DNA from: Haliotis rubra
Taxonomy: Eukaryota
Assembly (NCBI RefSeq): GCF_003918875.1
Contig: NW_025767155.1
Coordinates: forward strand, 1 to 64,000
DNA length: 64,000 nucleotides
Reading direction: 5' to 3'
A program made the translations under genes and the position numbers. Below are positions 61,910-64,000 of this stretch, piece after piece. Each line of letters opens with the position of its first letter. Position 1 is the stretch's first letter. The notes beneath the pieces were generated by a model, which worked only from the letters and a program-made list of their open reading frames with translations, did not search any database and was not told the origin of the DNA.

Positions 61910-64000
61910 AAGTGTGTAACTCACAATGTCTGTGCGCTCCATCGTACACCTTAGTTCAGATAGTAGACTAAGTATTTACTTGTTCCTCAAAACGAGTCTT
62001 GCCCATGTGCAAATATTATTCATGTCCGATATTGCAAACACCTTTCGTCTAGACACGTAATTTTCCACATGACATTTCAATGTTAACTTTGCTCGTATGT
62101 CTGTTTGTTGTTTAACGCCGCAGTCAGCACTATTCCAGCTACAGACTGTTGTCGGTAAATAGTCAAATATGGATTAGACAACCAAGTGCTTGACATCATG
62201 AGCGCTGTTCCTTGCAATAAAGATCCCATGTCAAGCAAGCCACAGATCCCGTAAGTCGAGCTTAAAGACTTGTATGGGATTCTTAAGACTAACCTGGATT
62301 TTCATGGGATGCACCAAGGTGTAATATACTCAGTCACCTGCTACATACAATTCCCAATGCACATCCATGGCAGATGACATCTGTGTCTGATTTCGGAGCA
62401 GACTGGAGTTTGCTTTCAAAAACCTTCTGCATTCGCAATGTGATAACGCAACTTTATTATCTTGTGTAGAGGTGTAAGTCGCCTTGCATTCTCCTCGACA
62501 GAAGACAGTAGGCGTCATCTGGTAGTCTGGTTTGGCAATATATCATCACATAATATTCTTTTTCTATCAACTTCTTTCTTGTAGACATTGTAGACACCAA
62601 TCTACAACTTTGTGTATGGATGTACTGCCACAATCACACAGATGACCAATGTTTCATATGTCATTCGTTATTGATGATAGATGAGGCAGCAGGTTGATAG
62701 AAACGAGTCGTTTCATGTTGCATTGCGGTTGTAACCTTGACTTGAATTGACCTCCCTTGGTTGTTGCTTATAGTCCAAACTTGTCACAGCGCTTGACAAC
62801 TGCGTTAGTCTCTCTGTACTGAGAACTTCGTTGTGAGGACCTTGCTCGTTTGCAGTCACCAACTTCCGGAAATTAAAGGAGAATCCGAACGAAAACAAAA
62901 CTTTTGATATATTGTAAAGGATATTCTAAAAGTCACCTTCCTTGATTAAAATTGAACAAAAAGTTGTAAAATAGCTTTAAAAAAACAAAAAATGTACCCG
63001 TATTTCCGCATTTTTACGGAAACACCCGACAGTTAATGAGCAGAGGGGGTCTCACGTGACATGACGTCATATGTGCCTGTTGCTGATGGCTGCCTCTTTG
63101 ATTTTACCTCACAACTTAACAGTGTCCATGGATTCTGAAGCAGTAAAAGCTGTTCCTGATGTCATTTCTGAAATGGATGTTAGACCGATTTGACATCTTG
63201 CAAGACAATCTTCCAGTGAAGATGAAGAAGAAGAATCAAGCGAAACGGAGGCACCGGCTTGGGTTCAAAATAAATTTAAAAATATACCATATCATTTAAC
63301 AAGAATACTATTTGACAGCAAAATGTGGTACAGTTCCAACCAGCAAACCCACCCCTATAAGTATATGACCAGTCCCTAAGAATTATATTTTTTGAAATGT
63401 GATTGCAGTTCCTTTTGTCAAATGGGTGACTGTAGGGTGTCTGGGATTTAAAAACACAATAATTATGCTTCAGACGGGGGAAAATGGAAATTATCTGCTA
63501 CAAAAAGTAGGATCCTAGTTCTCATTAATAACGTAGCAAGTCTCAACACAAAAGTCGAGCAGAGATAATATTCGCGACGCAGATAAGTTATTCCCCGAAA
63601 ACTGGTGAATTATAAAATACTTGTCAGGACAATGTATGCTTCCCCAGTGTTTGGTTATGAAAATAGTTATGGTACTCGGCCATAGCGTAAGAATGGCATC
63701 TTGACAGCCAATGTGAACACAGAACAACTTTCACGGCACACACTACTGACAAATAGCGATGCCGACGTGCGTAATTGGACAAAATGGAAAGCAACAAGTA
63801 CTTCATGATTTGCCGTTGTATTCGGCAATGTTTCGGGTAGTCTGCAGCATTTAGGGCTCCAAACCGAAAAGAACGTTATAGCGAAACATTTTCAAGCTCA
63901 TGTGAAATCTCTTACCGATCTATCTCATGGGTACCAGTGGAACTGCCCCAGCTACAAAATGCCCCAGCAAATTTGGGTCATTCATTCTAATTTGGTCAAA

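Overview
Repeat-rich eukaryotic (animal) DNA with no intact protein-coding gene. The SINE families (V-domain and Meta-like SINEs with Nimb/I-type tails) point to a mollusc, probably a gastropod such as abalone (inference). There are four layers. (1) A hidden background of at least six anciently diverged, colinear, heavily decayed paralogous units, each up to about 8 kb, on the + strand. Read across stops and frameshifts they give ankyrin-repeat motifs, so this looks like a tandem array of very long, apparently intronless ankyrin-repeat pseudogenes, with an internal ~1.2 kb (~12 repeat) higher-order repeat. (2) A recent direct duplication of at least 25 kb (1-25106 vs 32814-54367) with patchy divergence and many copy-specific indels; a haplotype mis-assembly is not excluded, and a 197-N gap lies in copy 2. 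(3) Transposons: two copies of a full-length defective Tc1 (DD34E), a 4-kb non-autonomous Academ-like element carrying a dead L2 LINE, a 1.3-kb TIR element with a 7-bp TSD, Helentron-type (HINE) elements, a Nimb/I-clade LINE 3' end, a Penelope-like relic and about 20 SINE copies. (4) A 33-bp minisatellite born inside a V-SINE, plus microsatellites. All alignments and counts were done by eye.
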